DNA of 63,898 bases, filler included, from Licmophora abbreviata (lineage: Eukaryota): assembly GCA_900291995.1 (NCBI GenBank). It is 18 parts of 18 records of this genome, joined end to end, with 100 filler letters (N's around TTAATTAATTAA, not from the genome) between each part and the next. Parts side by side here need not be neighbours in the genome. Positions count along the whole stretch, not along the records: positions 7,677 to 17,965 come from OLMU01003889.1; positions 18,066 to 20,037 come from OLMU01003890.1; positions 20,138 to 25,698 come from OLMU01003891.1; 15 more parts are not named here. The stretch is one strand, 5' to 3'. The stretch's first letter is position 1, and every line of letters begins with the position of its first letter. This document shows, piece by piece, positions 9,152-21,386 of this stretch. Made by a program: the position numbers and the translations under genes. The notes beneath the pieces were generated by a model, which ran no database searches, was not told the DNA's origin, and was given only the letters and a program-made list of their open reading frames with translations.

Positions 9152-12100
9152 ATGGACCAGAGACAACGGTGCTGGTTCTTGTCGTCGTTGTTGCTTATCT
9201 CTTGGCTTGCTCCTTCTCTCTCGTTAAGTTTGTCTGATCGTCCTCGACGAAAGATGACCTCGAAACCAGGAGACGGCAAGTTTCATTTCTGCATCGATCG
9301 CGGTGGAACCTTTACGGACGTTCACGTGATCCTGCCCGATGGCCAGCAGCTAGTCACCAAGTTGCTTTCCGAAGACCCCATGCACTACGATGATGCTCCC
9401 ACAGAGGGGATCAGGAGGCTTTTAGAAAAGTATACAACCACCCAGACAGCATACGCTCGAAGTGCTCCATTGAAAACGCACGAAATCGGCAGCATCCGAA
9501 TGGGAACGACCGTCGCCACGAACGCCTTGCTGGAACGCGACGGAGCTCCGTTGGCACTCGTCATCACCCAGGGCTTTGGAGATTTATTGGAGATTGGCAA
9601 TCAGGCACGTCCCGATATTTTTGATCTCACATGCGCCAAGCCCAGCTTATTGTACAAGCAGGTGGTGGAGATTGACGAGCGAGTCGTCTTGGATGCGTTC
9701 TACCCGACGGAACTCGCCGAACAGTATCCAAAATTCACTGGAATCACGGGAGAGCATGTGCGTGTCATGAAAGCGCCTGACCTAGCGGTGGTCCGAAAGC
9801 AGCTCCAGCCTCTGTTGGACTCGGGCATTACGGCGTTGGCTATTTGTACCATGCACAGTTACGTCTATCCGGAACACGAACTCATGATTGGTAAGGTGGC
9901 CGAGGAGATGGGATTTGAACAAATCTCTTTGTCCAGTCAGGTCATGCCCATGGTGAAGATTGTCAGTCGGTGAGTGCTTTGAATAATTAGGAACGAGGGT
10001 AGATCGTGATTGACTGAAACTCTGCCTCACCGACACACCTTTCTCACTACCTTTCTGCAGCGGACACACGGCATGCGCGGCGGCCTATCTCACTCCCAAA
10101 ATCACCACGTATCTTTCATCCTTTCGCAAGGGATTTGATGCTGACCTTTCCAAAGTCCCTTTGACGTTCATGAAGAGTGATGGCGGTTTAGCCCCCGTTG
10201 ACGACTTTGGTGGACACCAAGCTATCCTGAGCGGTCCGGCTGGTGGAGTCGTGGGATATGCAAAGACAACGCCAACCCGCCCCGTAATTGGCTTTGACAT
10301 GGGAGGAACGTCAACTGATGTATCCCGATATGCAGGATACTGGGAACATGTTTTCGAGACGGTTACTGCTGGAGTCGCCATTCAAGCGCCACAGCTCGAC
10401 ATTAACACAGTGGCTGCTGGAGGAGGTAGTCGTTTGTTTCTGCGATCTGGATTGTTTGTTGTGGGACCGGAGAGCGCCGGGGCCCATCCAGGGCCTATTT
10501 GTTATCGCAAGAATGGATATCTTGCGGTTACTGATGCCAACGCTGTGTTAGGAAGGGTACTTCCTGAGTACTTTCCCAGCATCTTCGGACCGAACGAAGA
10601 CGAGCCGCTGGACGTGGGTGGCTCACGGAACGCGTTTGAGAAGCTAGCTAAAGAGGCGGAAGCTGCAGGGCGAAGTGCAGAGGAACTCGCATATGGCTTC
10701 TTGCAGGTGGCCAACGAAGCTATGTGTCGACCAATTCGGAACTTGACACAGATGAAGGGATTCGACATCACGACGCACACGCTTTCTTGCTTTGGAGGCG
10801 CAGGACCACAGCATGCTTGCGCCATGGCCAAAGCCTTGGGCATGACCAAAGTCTTTGTGCATCGCTACGGTGGTGTGCTATCTGCGTATGGACTGTCTAT
10901 GGCGGACGCTGTTCGGGAAGAGCAGGAACCAGCGGCTGAAGTCTACTCCACGCCCACGGCTGGTGTCTGTACCGACACAGAAGCTCGTGACGCACGATTT
11001 GCACACCTTTCCGAGAAAGCTCAGGGAATCCTCATAAAGGAAGGATACAAGGAGGAAGAAATTTTGATCGAAAAATACTTAAACATGCGCTATGAAGGGA
11101 CGGACAATGCCATCATGATCCAGGAGTCCAACGAGATTCCTTATGGAGAGACATTTTACAATCAATACATGCGGGAGTTCGGATTTGCGCTCGAAGGCCG
11201 AAGTATTCTCATTGATGACTATCGCGTTCGGGCTGTTGTTCCTGGCGAAACTCCAACTCCACCGACGCCCGCCGCTCCACTTGGAGCCCCATCGCCGGGG
11301 GGAACGATGCGCGCCTTCTTTGAAAATGGATGGGAGGATATCTCAGTGCACAAGATTGAGGAGCTGAGGCCGGGTCACGAGATAAATGGGCCCAGTATCA
11401 TAGTACAGGAGATCAGTACGGTTGTTTTGGAGATTGGATGCTCGGCAATTGTAACCGCAGATGGAGATTTGGACATCACGGTCGCTGCAGCAGAGACGGT
11501 CGACGAGGAAGAGGATGGAAAAATGGTCATCAAAGAAGATCCAGTGAAGCTTTCTATCATGGTATGTCAAGGCGCTTGTGCGCTATTCCTTCATGTTGAA
11601 GAGACATCAATTCTGACGATTTGTTTCCACTTTCTTTGCAGTCGCATCGATTCATGGGCATTGCCGAACAGATGGGACGCACGCTCCAGCGTACCGCCAT
11701 CTCGGTCAACATGAAGGAACGTCTTGATTTCTCTTGTGCACTGTTTACTGCCGATGGCGGCCTTGTGGCCAATGCGCCACATATTCCAGTCCATCTTGGC
11801 GCAATGCAGTCTGCAGTCAAATTCCAAGCCGAATATTGGAATATGGAAGGTCGGGAAGGAATCAAGGAAGGCGAAGTGAGTGCAGCTGTGTACACCTGCA
11901 CCCATGTCCACTGAGTAGTGCTGATTGCTCATACCACTTTTTTGTCATTGCATTTAGGTACTCGTCTCGAACCATCCTCAGCTGGCTGGTGGATCCCATC
12001 TCCCAGATATCACAGTCATTACGCCTGTGTTTCATCATGGAGAGATAATTTTCTACGTTGCGAGTCGTGGTCATCACGCCGACATTGGAGGCATTGCACC

Positions 12101-13274
12101 TGGATCCATGCCTCCACATTCAACTTGTCTGGAAGACGAGGGAGCAACGATTGTCGCCTTCAAGCTGGTAAGGGATGGAAAGTTCCAAGAAGAGGGCATC
12201 ACTGAGATTCTGATGGCTCCAGGGAAGCTGGAGGGGAACTCGGGCACGCGAAATCTGCGGGACAACTTGTCCGACTTGAGAGCCCAGGTGGCGGCTAACA
12301 ACTCGGGTATCCGACTGCTGACAGAGCTCGTTCACGAACATGGACTGCACACCGTTCAGGCTTATATGGAATTCATCCAGAAAAATGCAGAGATCTCTGT
12401 TCGCAAGATGTTAAAAGAGTTCGCAGCACGACATGGAACGACGGCGCACGCTATCGATTTTATGGATGACGGAAGTCCGATCGAGCTGACCATTTCCATT
12501 GACAAAGATACAGGGGACGCCTTCTTTGACTTTTCAGGAACCGGACCACAGGTTCTCGGAAACCACAACGCTCCCCCCGCAGTCACTTACTCGGCAGTCA
12601 TTTACTCGCTGCGCTCGTTGGTGGCGCAGGACATTCCATTGAATCAGGGATGTCTTGCTTCCATCAAGTTCAGTATCCCGAAGTACTCACTGCTCAATCC
12701 ATCGTCTGACGCCGGAGTCGTTGGTGGAAACGTGGTGACATCGCAGCGAGTCGTCGATGTTGTTCTGCGCGCATTCAAGGCATGCGCAGCGAGTCAGGGG
12801 TGTATGAATAACCTTACGTTTGGAGATGACAAGTTTGGGTACTACGAGACGATAGCTGGTGGTGCGGGTTCTGGTCCGACGTGGGCAGGAAGAAGTGGAG
12901 TCCACACGCATTGTACAAACACGCGCATTACCGATCCCGAAATTCTCGAGAGACGTTATCCAGTCCTGTTGAAGCAATTCGCTTTGCGTCAAGGCAGTGG
13001 TGGGCTCGGCAAGTTCAAGGGTGGAGAAGGTGTCATTCGTGAGATCGAGCCCCTCCGCCCTTTGGTCATGTCGATTCTGAGCGAACGACGTGTCTTGCAC
13101 CCTTACGGGATGGCAGGAGGTGAAGAAGGCGCCTGTGGTCGGAATTTACTGCGCAAGAAGGGAGGAATCTGGGTCAATATGGGAGGACGGTGCAGCAGCA
13201 CCATGGACGTTGGAGAATGCCTTCGGATCGAGACTCCTGGTGGAGGTGGATATGGACCTGCCGAGACCTCGTAG
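9152..13274 (+). CDS. OXP1: 5-oxoprolinase (ATP-hydrolysing, fused hydantoinase A/B type), 3 introns
   Basis: [70 protein letters not shown] introns at 9970-10060, 11562-11641 and 11876-11957 give a continuous frame. Confidence 0.95.
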
Positions 13275-13529
13275 AGGTCTTTCGTGTTTTGAGTGTACTG
13301 TAGATCGACAACAAATGGTACGCCACAGGAGAAGATTGGAAACTGCTAATATTACAGTGCTTTTTGCCTTTTGATCGACAACCGTTAGTTTCGCACGAGC
13401 TGTTTAGCTACTGTGTGATACCGTTAGTCAAACGTCCCGCCCCGAGCGCCAAGATGTCTCCATTCGATCACGAGTTTTCCCTGTCAAACCGACAGACCCC
13501 ACATCGCTTAGTTTTCTGTTATACACCTT

Positions 13530-14014
13530 CTACTGCACATCTGTTACTTCTTGTATCAGTGTCACTGCATCTCCTTTGAGCAAGATACGCCCCACGTCGC
13601 TTCGCGTTCCCTTGACGATCTCGACCGCATCGTCCATTACGATATTCATGTACTCATCAAAGCCAATGATTTGCCCCTCCATGACCGTACGTGTATCCTC
13701 GTGCAGCCAGATCTTCACTCTTGTCTTTTTCTATAAGAATCATAAAGAGAGTTGGAAAAAACCAAGAAAGGATGAGTCGAGAGCAGAGCGAAAGACGAAT
13801 GAGGCCGTTTTCTCGGGTACTAGTATTCGGTACATGGCGGGGATCACGGACAAGGCCAACCAGATTCCTTTTCTATGCACCAGATATACCATTTCTACGT
13901 ACGCCATGGAATCTATATGGACGAGATCATCGAGTGACACTGACTGACCTGTAAATGCGAAAAAATGACATTGATGGGCAATGTCATCACCTTTTTGACT
14001 TTTCTCGGAGGCAT
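13530..14014 (-). CDS. SME1: Small nuclear ribonucleoprotein E (SmE), 1 intron
   Basis: MPPRKVKKVMTLPINVIFSHLQ | KKTRVKIWL...EGQIIGFDEYMNIVMDDAVE...GRILLKGDAVTLI. Intron 13731-13948. Confidence 0.95.
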
Positions 14015-14399
14015 AATGAAAGTGTATTGTTTGTGGATGTACAAAGGAAGAGAAGAAAGAGACTGAGACGCTCAAATAAAGCAGGGAGACGAAGCGACCG
14101 ATGCAAAGGAGGGAGCAGCTTTTTGTGGTCGACCGAAGCGGAAAAAAATCTAAACGTGTGGGCGTCACGCGTCCCGGCATACGCACAGACGGGCGGCTAC
14201 GACACGCAAGAAGTGTGAATCAAATCGAATCGAATCCAATCGAATCAAGTCATAGCGGTAGTTAGAGTCTACAACGGTGCCGCGAATTTTTCTGCTACCA
14301 CTGCTTCATACTCTTACATATGTTACTAGCTGGCTAGCTAGAACTGAAGGGATGTGTGTGGCTCCGTCGGCGTTTTGTCGAGCTCAGGGTAATGAAGAG

Positions 14400-16260
14400 C
14401 CTTGTGTGCTTCGGTGGACATGTCACCCAAGTGTTACTTTGCATGCAGACCTTTCGACTCCGACGTGCGCTCCGAAGCTGTCAAAAAGTTCCCGTATTTC
14501 TTCTCCATGTGCCGTACCACACCCAACGCACCCCAGTCTCTGTAGCGATCTCACGCCCGCTCAAAATACGTGAGAGCCCATGAACGGTCTTGTTGAGCGA
14601 AGTAAACGCCAGCTAGCTCATTTGCAAGAGCTTGAAGATGCAGGATCCCAAGTCTTCCTGTAACCTTTATCACCTCGTCATAGGCTGTGCGCACATCTTC
14701 CGGTGTGGACCTCTTTGAGCTAGAGCTCTCTCCCGCCTGCAACAGCAGCAGCATTGGATGACAGTTTACGAGGCCTGTCTTGAGCCACTTTGTAAAGAGA
14801 CGAATGACAGCAACCCCCGATCGCCGACGAGCCCGTTTTCCCGATTTCTTCTACAAGGAATGTGACGCAAATCCCAGAAAGAAGTGTTTGTAGGCAACAA
14901 AAGTCTCGGGGCCTTCCGGTCCATCAGGCGACTGGCGCCACATCTTCTGTGACATTTCCCAGGCGAAATCAAAGTCCCCAAAGAAACAGGATAGCAGAAG
15001 CCGAGCGAAGAAGGTAGTCTGCATTGCTTGATCGTTTTTACTAATTGTCCATTGCACGACGTACTCATCTTGAGCCATGTATTCGCCTGTCAGTTCTATG
15101 GTTTTGCAAGCCCCCATCAAGTTACACACCATCTGAAAAAAGCCACATTGCTGTCCCAGATGATCTGGTTCCCGTAGTCCTTCAAAAGACTAGCATATCA
15201 CATTGAGTAGCTCCGAGATATCGTTGATTCGCTCATCAGATGCACCGGGTAGACTTAAGATATCATCATCCGATAGATTGCGAAGCAACCACTTTGTGCG
15301 AAGGGTTTCAAATACGGCCCGGAGAGGCAAAAATCTCCCAAGAAGAACAAAAACAACTTCCATTAAGGCTGCCCGCGCCACTTGGAGTGCTTCATCTGCC
15401 TGTCCTGCGTTAGACAAAGCAATTTTGTTTGACGATGGGAGCCGTCGACAGGACGGTGTGAGCCGAAGAGCAACAATCTGCGATGTGCAGTCGAATCCAA
15501 AGCCAAAGTCTCAAAGATGGACAAGGAAGCATCCCCCTCCATTGAAGGTCGTCGAGATAAGCACATTCGTAGTTTCTTCCGAAACAAATCGAATAAAGGA
15601 CCGAACGACAAATCGAAGGCGATCTGAACCCCATTGATTGGCAACACTTGCGAACGATGTTTCATCAGTACCATCGTTGGGAGGAGCGTTTCATCATCCA
15701 GAAGCTTCTGTGGACGAGGATAAGAAGTCAAAATCAGCTTAAGATCCGTCTGAAGATCATTGTCTGTAGAAAGCTCGTTTCTCTACATTGGCCTGACTCC
15801 GTTCAAGGCTTCGAAGAGCCCACCCAAGGCATCTGCAAAATCCCGAAAAAAGGTTCTGTTGTCGCGCGTCCCTGTTCAAACTTGCCCACACAACAGATAG
15901 TCGTCTTCTCTCCTTGGATGGGATGAAAGAATTCCTTGACTAGAGTGGATTTTCCACTTCCAGCGACTCCCTCGACAAAGACGGTGGTTGCTTTTCTCGA
16001 CACGGATGCACGTGCCAAGTATCTCTGGAGAGTTTCCAGTTCATGTCGCCTCCCACAGAATTTCACTCGGGAAAAGACCAATTATGCGGCCATGTGGTCC
16101 CTGCAAGTCGTCTGTGCCACCTGTGAATTCCTCGTATAGTACTCGTAGACCGGTATGATAGAAGAATCCCCAGAACAACTTCTCTTGCGTCATTCATCCA
16201 ACTTCTTGTTCAATCCCTGTTGCCTGTTGCTTGTGTTCCTTGATGGGTCGACCTCGCTCG
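14400..16260 (-). pseudogene. Fragmented AAA/STAND-like P-loop NTPase with helical-repeat C-terminus
   Basis: FCGRRHELETL, Walker A GVAGSGKS, GKFEQ..EPF, YLDDLQW and C-terminal LANELAG..YFERA lie in different frames separated by stops and frameshifts. Boundaries are approximate. Confidence 0.6.
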
Positions 16261-16658
16261 ACATTTTTTTAATTCGGTGTTTCGTCTTTTTCATTTTTTT
16301 CTGTTTTCCAAACTCCAACCGTCCGTCCATCGACGGACAAACAGAAATGACCGGCTGGCGCGTCAATCCAAGATTGAGAGAAAGACAGGAAGACCCACGC
16401 CACACTCGAAAGAACGACACAAGATCAAGTACATCGCGGATGAGGAACACGCCGAATGATACCGGCATATTTCCAATCCCAACAGCAGCAGTACACCCGG
16501 AACCTCTCTCTTCCTGCTCTTGTTGTGGATCTTTAACAGTCTCGCAACGTAATGAATTCGGCCAAACTTACGGTGGGCTCATAATTTTAAGAAAGCGTTG
16601 ACTGACAAAACTCTGTTTGTTTTCGAAACATCACGAACACGCCAACATACACAGAGGC

Positions 16659-18827
16659 ATGAGTTCCTCCAACGGCTTGAGCTGCCCGATTCACCCCATC
16701 GCGGACGATCCGCACTGTCCTAGCTGCAAGGCTTGGGGGCAAATTGATACAGCAAGGAAGACGTTGGCACTTGAAGAACAACGGTTGGATCTCGATCGTC
16801 AACTCTTGCGCAGCGACAAGAAGCAGCTCCGCAAGACGGCGAAAGTCAATCAAGAACTGACCCAACAGTGCGGAAGAATGCAGTCGCAGCTTGAGGGAGT
16901 CACAAAGGAACGAGATGAACTTTCCACCAAATTATCTGACGTGCAAGATGCCATGAAAGAACAGGAAGTGGACTACTCTGACAAGCTGCACAAGAAGGAA
17001 GGAGAACTAGAACGCCTCAAGTCAGAGCACCAAGAAATCTTCCAGAAGACTCAAGACGCTCAGAGTCAGGAGCACCAGCGTGTCCTGGGACTTCAAGATG
17101 AAATCAAGCGACTCGAAAAGGCTCATGGCGATGAACTAAGTGAATTGGAACAGAAGCACGAGAAGGTCTTGGAAGGCTTGAAGGCGAAGAATGAACAAGC
17201 CTTGCAGAAACTCACGGATGAAAGCGAGGCGAAACGCCGTGCCATGGGTGAAGAGCACCAAAAGATAGCATCCGAACTACAGGAACAGGCTTCCATGCAA
17301 CAGCTTCAGGCGGAGAACTATGCCGAACAGCTCAAGGTGCTGGGTTTGATACACAATGAAGAAAAAATGGCTTCCGAACAGGAACAGCAAGAAGTGGAGA
17401 ATCAGCTTGATTCTGCCAACGCCAAGGTCAACGAACTCCAGCAGCAGCTACTCGAAGAACAGGAAGCCAAACAGCAAGTCGAAAGTGACTTGCAGAAGTC
17501 CAAGGAGGAAGTTGAGAACTTGAAAAAGATGGCTGCTTCAATCAAGGAGGATCACATCAAAGAGCGCAAGAAGCTCGAGCGCGAAATGGAGAAGTCGCAG
17601 CGCCAGCAGCGCATCCATTTGACAGCGGCGGTCGGCAACGCGGCCGTGGCGAAATCAACGCAAGCACACGTGGAAAATCTTGAAAATGAAATGATTGAGC
17701 TAGAAAAACAGGCGGATAAATACAAGCACTCGAACGAGGAGCTAGTGATGCAGTTGGATGACATCAAGCAAGGCGGTGGTGGCGTGGATGCCTCTCAGCT
17801 GATGGAAATGCGAGGTCGGATCGATGAGCTGGAACAGCAACAGGAGGAATACGTCAATATCCTACGGATGAAGGATATGGACATTGAAGATCTCAAGTTG
17901 CAACTCGAGGAGAAGGATCAACATCTGTTTGAGAGTAAGAATGCGGCCAACTTTGCCTTTGAAGGNNNNNNNNNNNNNNNNNNNNNNNNNNNNNNNNNNN
18001 NNNNNNNNNTTAATTAATTAANNNNNNNNNNNNNNNNNNNNNNNNNNNNNNNNNNNNNNNNNNNNGAAGGCGCGCTCAAGTCGCCGGCTTCGGATGGGTC
18101 AGGAATCGATGGCGACAAGAGTGACTCGTCCAACATGGAAGAAAGCACAAGCAATGGTAAGAATGGTCACGAAGCCATGTTGAGCCGTCGAAGCAGTAAC
18201 GAGGGTCGCCATGTTACGGAATTCCCGTACTCTATGGAAGCGGAAGGCGGCCGATACACGGGATTTGTCAATGGCGATGGAGCTCCGGATGGACGTGGTA
18301 CTTTTCGCTCCGAGAAGGGAGACATCTACGAAGGCGAATGGAAGAACGGTAAGACAAGCAGCCAACCCGGCATCGCAGTAGCATTCTTGACTAGAGTCTA
18401 ACATTTTCGCAATCCCCCAACACGATGCCCATTCACAGGCAAACGCCATGGCCACGGTGTCTACACTTGGTTTGACGGCGATCTCTTCACCGGTTCCTGG
18501 CTGAACAACAAGCGCCACGGTCACGGTGTCTTTGTGTGGGCCGATGGTCGCATGTATGATGGAGAGTACGTTGACAACCTGCGGGAGGGCAAAGGCATCT
18601 TCACATGGCCGTACGGGGCTCGCTACGAAGGCGAGTATCACGGTGACAAGCGCAGTGGACATGGCGTCTACGTGTATGCAGATGGACGCAAGTACCGTGG
18701 CGAATATAAAGACGAACGGCCTCATGGTCAAGGAGTGGAGATGGCAGTTGATGGCTCTGTGTTGTACGAAGGAGAGTGGGCATTTGGTGAGTTTGTGGGA
18801 CCCACGAATGGCAAGAGTAAAGAGTGA
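16659..18827 (+). CDS. Long coiled-coil protein with C-terminal MORN repeats
   Basis: E/Q/K-rich heptads up to the spacer. The contig ends share GAAGG, which joins them in frame. After intron 18349-18438 come repeats of the type YEGEW.NGKRHGHGVYTW.DG. Confidence 0.75.
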
Positions 18828-18948
18828 GAAGTAATCACTTCGTACCAGGTACCGTAGTAGAAAACAAGACTTTAAAATAGCGGAAAGGAGGTACTCTTTT
18901 TTACTGTAGCTGCTGGTGCCGAGTGACGGCTCTATTTTTCCTGGACAA

Positions 18949-19953
18949 CTACTTTCGTTTTGGCTTTGCGGGTCGCGACTGCTTCCATCCCACCGACATG
19001 CGTTTCCATAGAGTGTTCCTTGCTTTTCGTCTTCTAGTCGTCGGCATGTTGTACGGACTTCCCTCCTCAGCCGCGGAAAAGGTCGGTAATAAGCTACTGG
19101 AGGCTGAATGCGCATCATCGTCGGGAATATCACTGTATTGCCATCTCCGTTGATAGGCTCGTATTCGCCAGCATAGGTTCCATCCCACCATGAGCGAAAC
19201 TACCAGTACAAAACAGTATGCGACGGCAGCCTGACGGGCTGACGATATGACCACCGATGCCAGGACGTAGGATTGCTTGGAAACGTCCCCCGTCTGCTGA
19301 CTATTGGACACCGCGGCAATATCTTTCACTCGAATGCCCTTGAGGTACAATGGCTGTGTCTCGACTAGATGTGCGACAAAGAGCTGTTTGCAGCAGTACA
19401 CACGTACGTACGAGCGAAGGAGACGTGTGAGCATGCGTATTTGCGCGATACACACATATGAGTCCCCACATTTATTTTCAGAGATCGTTCCTCGATCGTT
19501 CTCCAGTTCAGGATTCAAGCTTACCAAGAACATAATCCCGACCAAACTGAAACCTGCACAACCCCTTGCACAGCATTGCGTGTCAATCATGCCCTGTTTC
19601 TGTCTTTTTCGATTTCCTGCAAGATAATGGTGATAGTCCTTATCTGGAACAAACAGAGGAGCCCCATAGTGGGTGGTCGCGCCCGCATACGACTCCCTCG
19701 CCGTGTTCCAGTGTCTACTGGACGTGGGGGTCAGGAAGGACGAATGACTAGCATGTCGAGGAGCTTTCTTTCTGTCTGCCGTCGCTGTTTCTAATGAAGA
19801 CCCATTATCGTGAAACGAAGAGGATCGACTGAGACTGGGACTCAGATTGCCATCGCTGGCCCTGCGGTTGCGGACGTTTCCCGACTGAGGCGCCGCCCGT
19901 TTCCTCATGGTCGAGACGGCGTTGGATTTGTGGTGTCGCTTTGGTGGGTGCAT
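18949..19953 (-). CDS. Two-TM membrane protein, possibly RNase kappa / V-ATPase subunit f-like, 1 intron
   Basis: Low-complexity N-terminus, then CCARGCAGFSLVGIMFL | LFVAHLVETQPLY and a second helix AAVAYCFVLVVSL. Intron 19384-19524. Start uncertain (19953 or 19908). Confidence 0.5.
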   Translation of the reverse strand: MHPPKRHHKSNAVSTMRKRAAPQSGNVRNRRASDGNLSPSLSRSSSFHDNGSSLETATADRKKAPRHASHSSFLTPTSSRHWNTARESYAGATTHYGAPLFVPDKDYHHYLAGNRKRQKQGMIDTQCCARGCAGFSLVGIMFLVSLNPELENDRGTISENKCGDSYVCIAQIRMLTRLLRSYVRVYCCKQLFVAHLVETQPLYLKGIRVKDIAAVSNSQQTGDVSKQSYVLASVVISSARQAAVAYCFVLVVSLMVGWNLCWRIRAYQRRWQYSDIPDDDAHSASSSLLPTFSAAEEGSPYNMPTTRRRKARNTLWKRMSVGWKQSRPAKPKRK

Positions 19954-20357
19954 GCATGCAATGACCGGTGCAGCGCGCAATTTCGCGCGTTGAATCTTGG
20001 TAGAACTATCAGACCGCTAAGATCCGTAGGACTAAGCNNNNNNNNNNNNNNNNNNNNNNNNNNNNNNNNNNNNNNNNNNNNTTAATTAATTAANNNNNNN
20101 NNNNNNNNNNNNNNNNNNNNNNNNNNNNNNNNNNNNNGACAGTCTAGAGCAACAGACACTAAAAGAGTGAGAGGATCCATGGATCCATGGATCCTCGGTC
20201 TAGCTAGTCTCGATCTCGGAGCTCGGACCTCGTGCCATCGAGGTCTGACAAGAACCGCGCGGTCACAGTTAGACGAAACGATATCATACGGTTACGCCTT
20301 ATCCAATCACTTATCACTGCAATGGCAACGACGCAACCCTTCCTTAGCTTCTATAAA

Positions 20358-21386
20358 TTACTCCTTCTTTTGAAGCGTGTAACGCCTGTACTCGAGAAAG
20401 CCAGAAGCAAAATTTTCATACACTCCGTAGCCTTGACACCCCGCAAAGGCCAATGCCGTTTTCCAAAAGAAGCCCTCCTCGCGCCCCGTGTATTCCTTGA
20501 CGAGCTCCTCGCGACGTTTTGACGCAGCTTCGAGTCCACGCAGGACGCCTGGGGTAATATTTTCTTGCTGGATCACTTCCAACCCGATCGCGTCTTGGAA
20601 TGCCGAGTCGACCTGAGCAAAGTCTTCTGAAAGGCGGAAATCGCACATTACAAGGTATCCTCCAGGGCGGAGAACACGAAGAGCTTCGGTAATGAATTTT
20701 TTAAAGTCGGGGTAGCAATGCGATGATTCCTAGACGATGCAAAGCTCTGTGAGCGCACTGTGTGGCATGTAGAACAAGAGGAGAAAAAGCAACCATCGAC
20801 GACAACGTACCACATTGAATAAAACATCGAAGCTGTTATCTGGAAGATCCAGATTGCAAGCATCACCCTGTACAAAGCGTAGATTAGGGACCTCGGCATG
20901 AATCTGATTTGCAACGTTGACAGCTGCGGAAGAAAGTTCCACGCCGGTCACCGTCTTGGGCTTGAGGTATCGAGCCACGTAGGAGGCGCCCCCACCGCGA
21001 CCACTGCCTACCTCCAGCAGGTCCTTGTCCTTTACTGGCACAGCGCTCACGACTTCATGATACAACTGAATACTGTAGATACCACTTCGCTCTGTTTCGT
21101 CTTCTGCCTCCAATCTGACGGTCTTGCCTGACTCTGAAAGATAGCCATAGTTCATATACGACCATTTGAGATCGACCGGGATGAGATATGCCATCAGTTC
21201 GTATACGAAACGCCAGGTTAGGTGCTTCATCCAGTTGATCAGAAGCCCCGGTCTTGGTTTGATAAACCAACGGAAGAACTTTTTGGATCTGCTCATATGG
21301 AGTTCATAGTCCTCGTCGTTCAGAGGTTTAGTTTCGTCGGCCACAGACGATGCTGCATCAGCAGTCGCATTATTTTCTGAGTTCAT
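20358..21386 (-). CDS. Class I SAM-dependent methyltransferase, phthiotriol/fatty-acid O-methyltransferase-like, 1 intron
   Basis: YMNYGY, SIQLYH, LLEVGSGRGGGASY, FVQGDA, SFDVLFNV | ESSHCYP..F..E..RVLRPGGYL..DFR. Intron 20730-20810. Confidence 0.85.
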
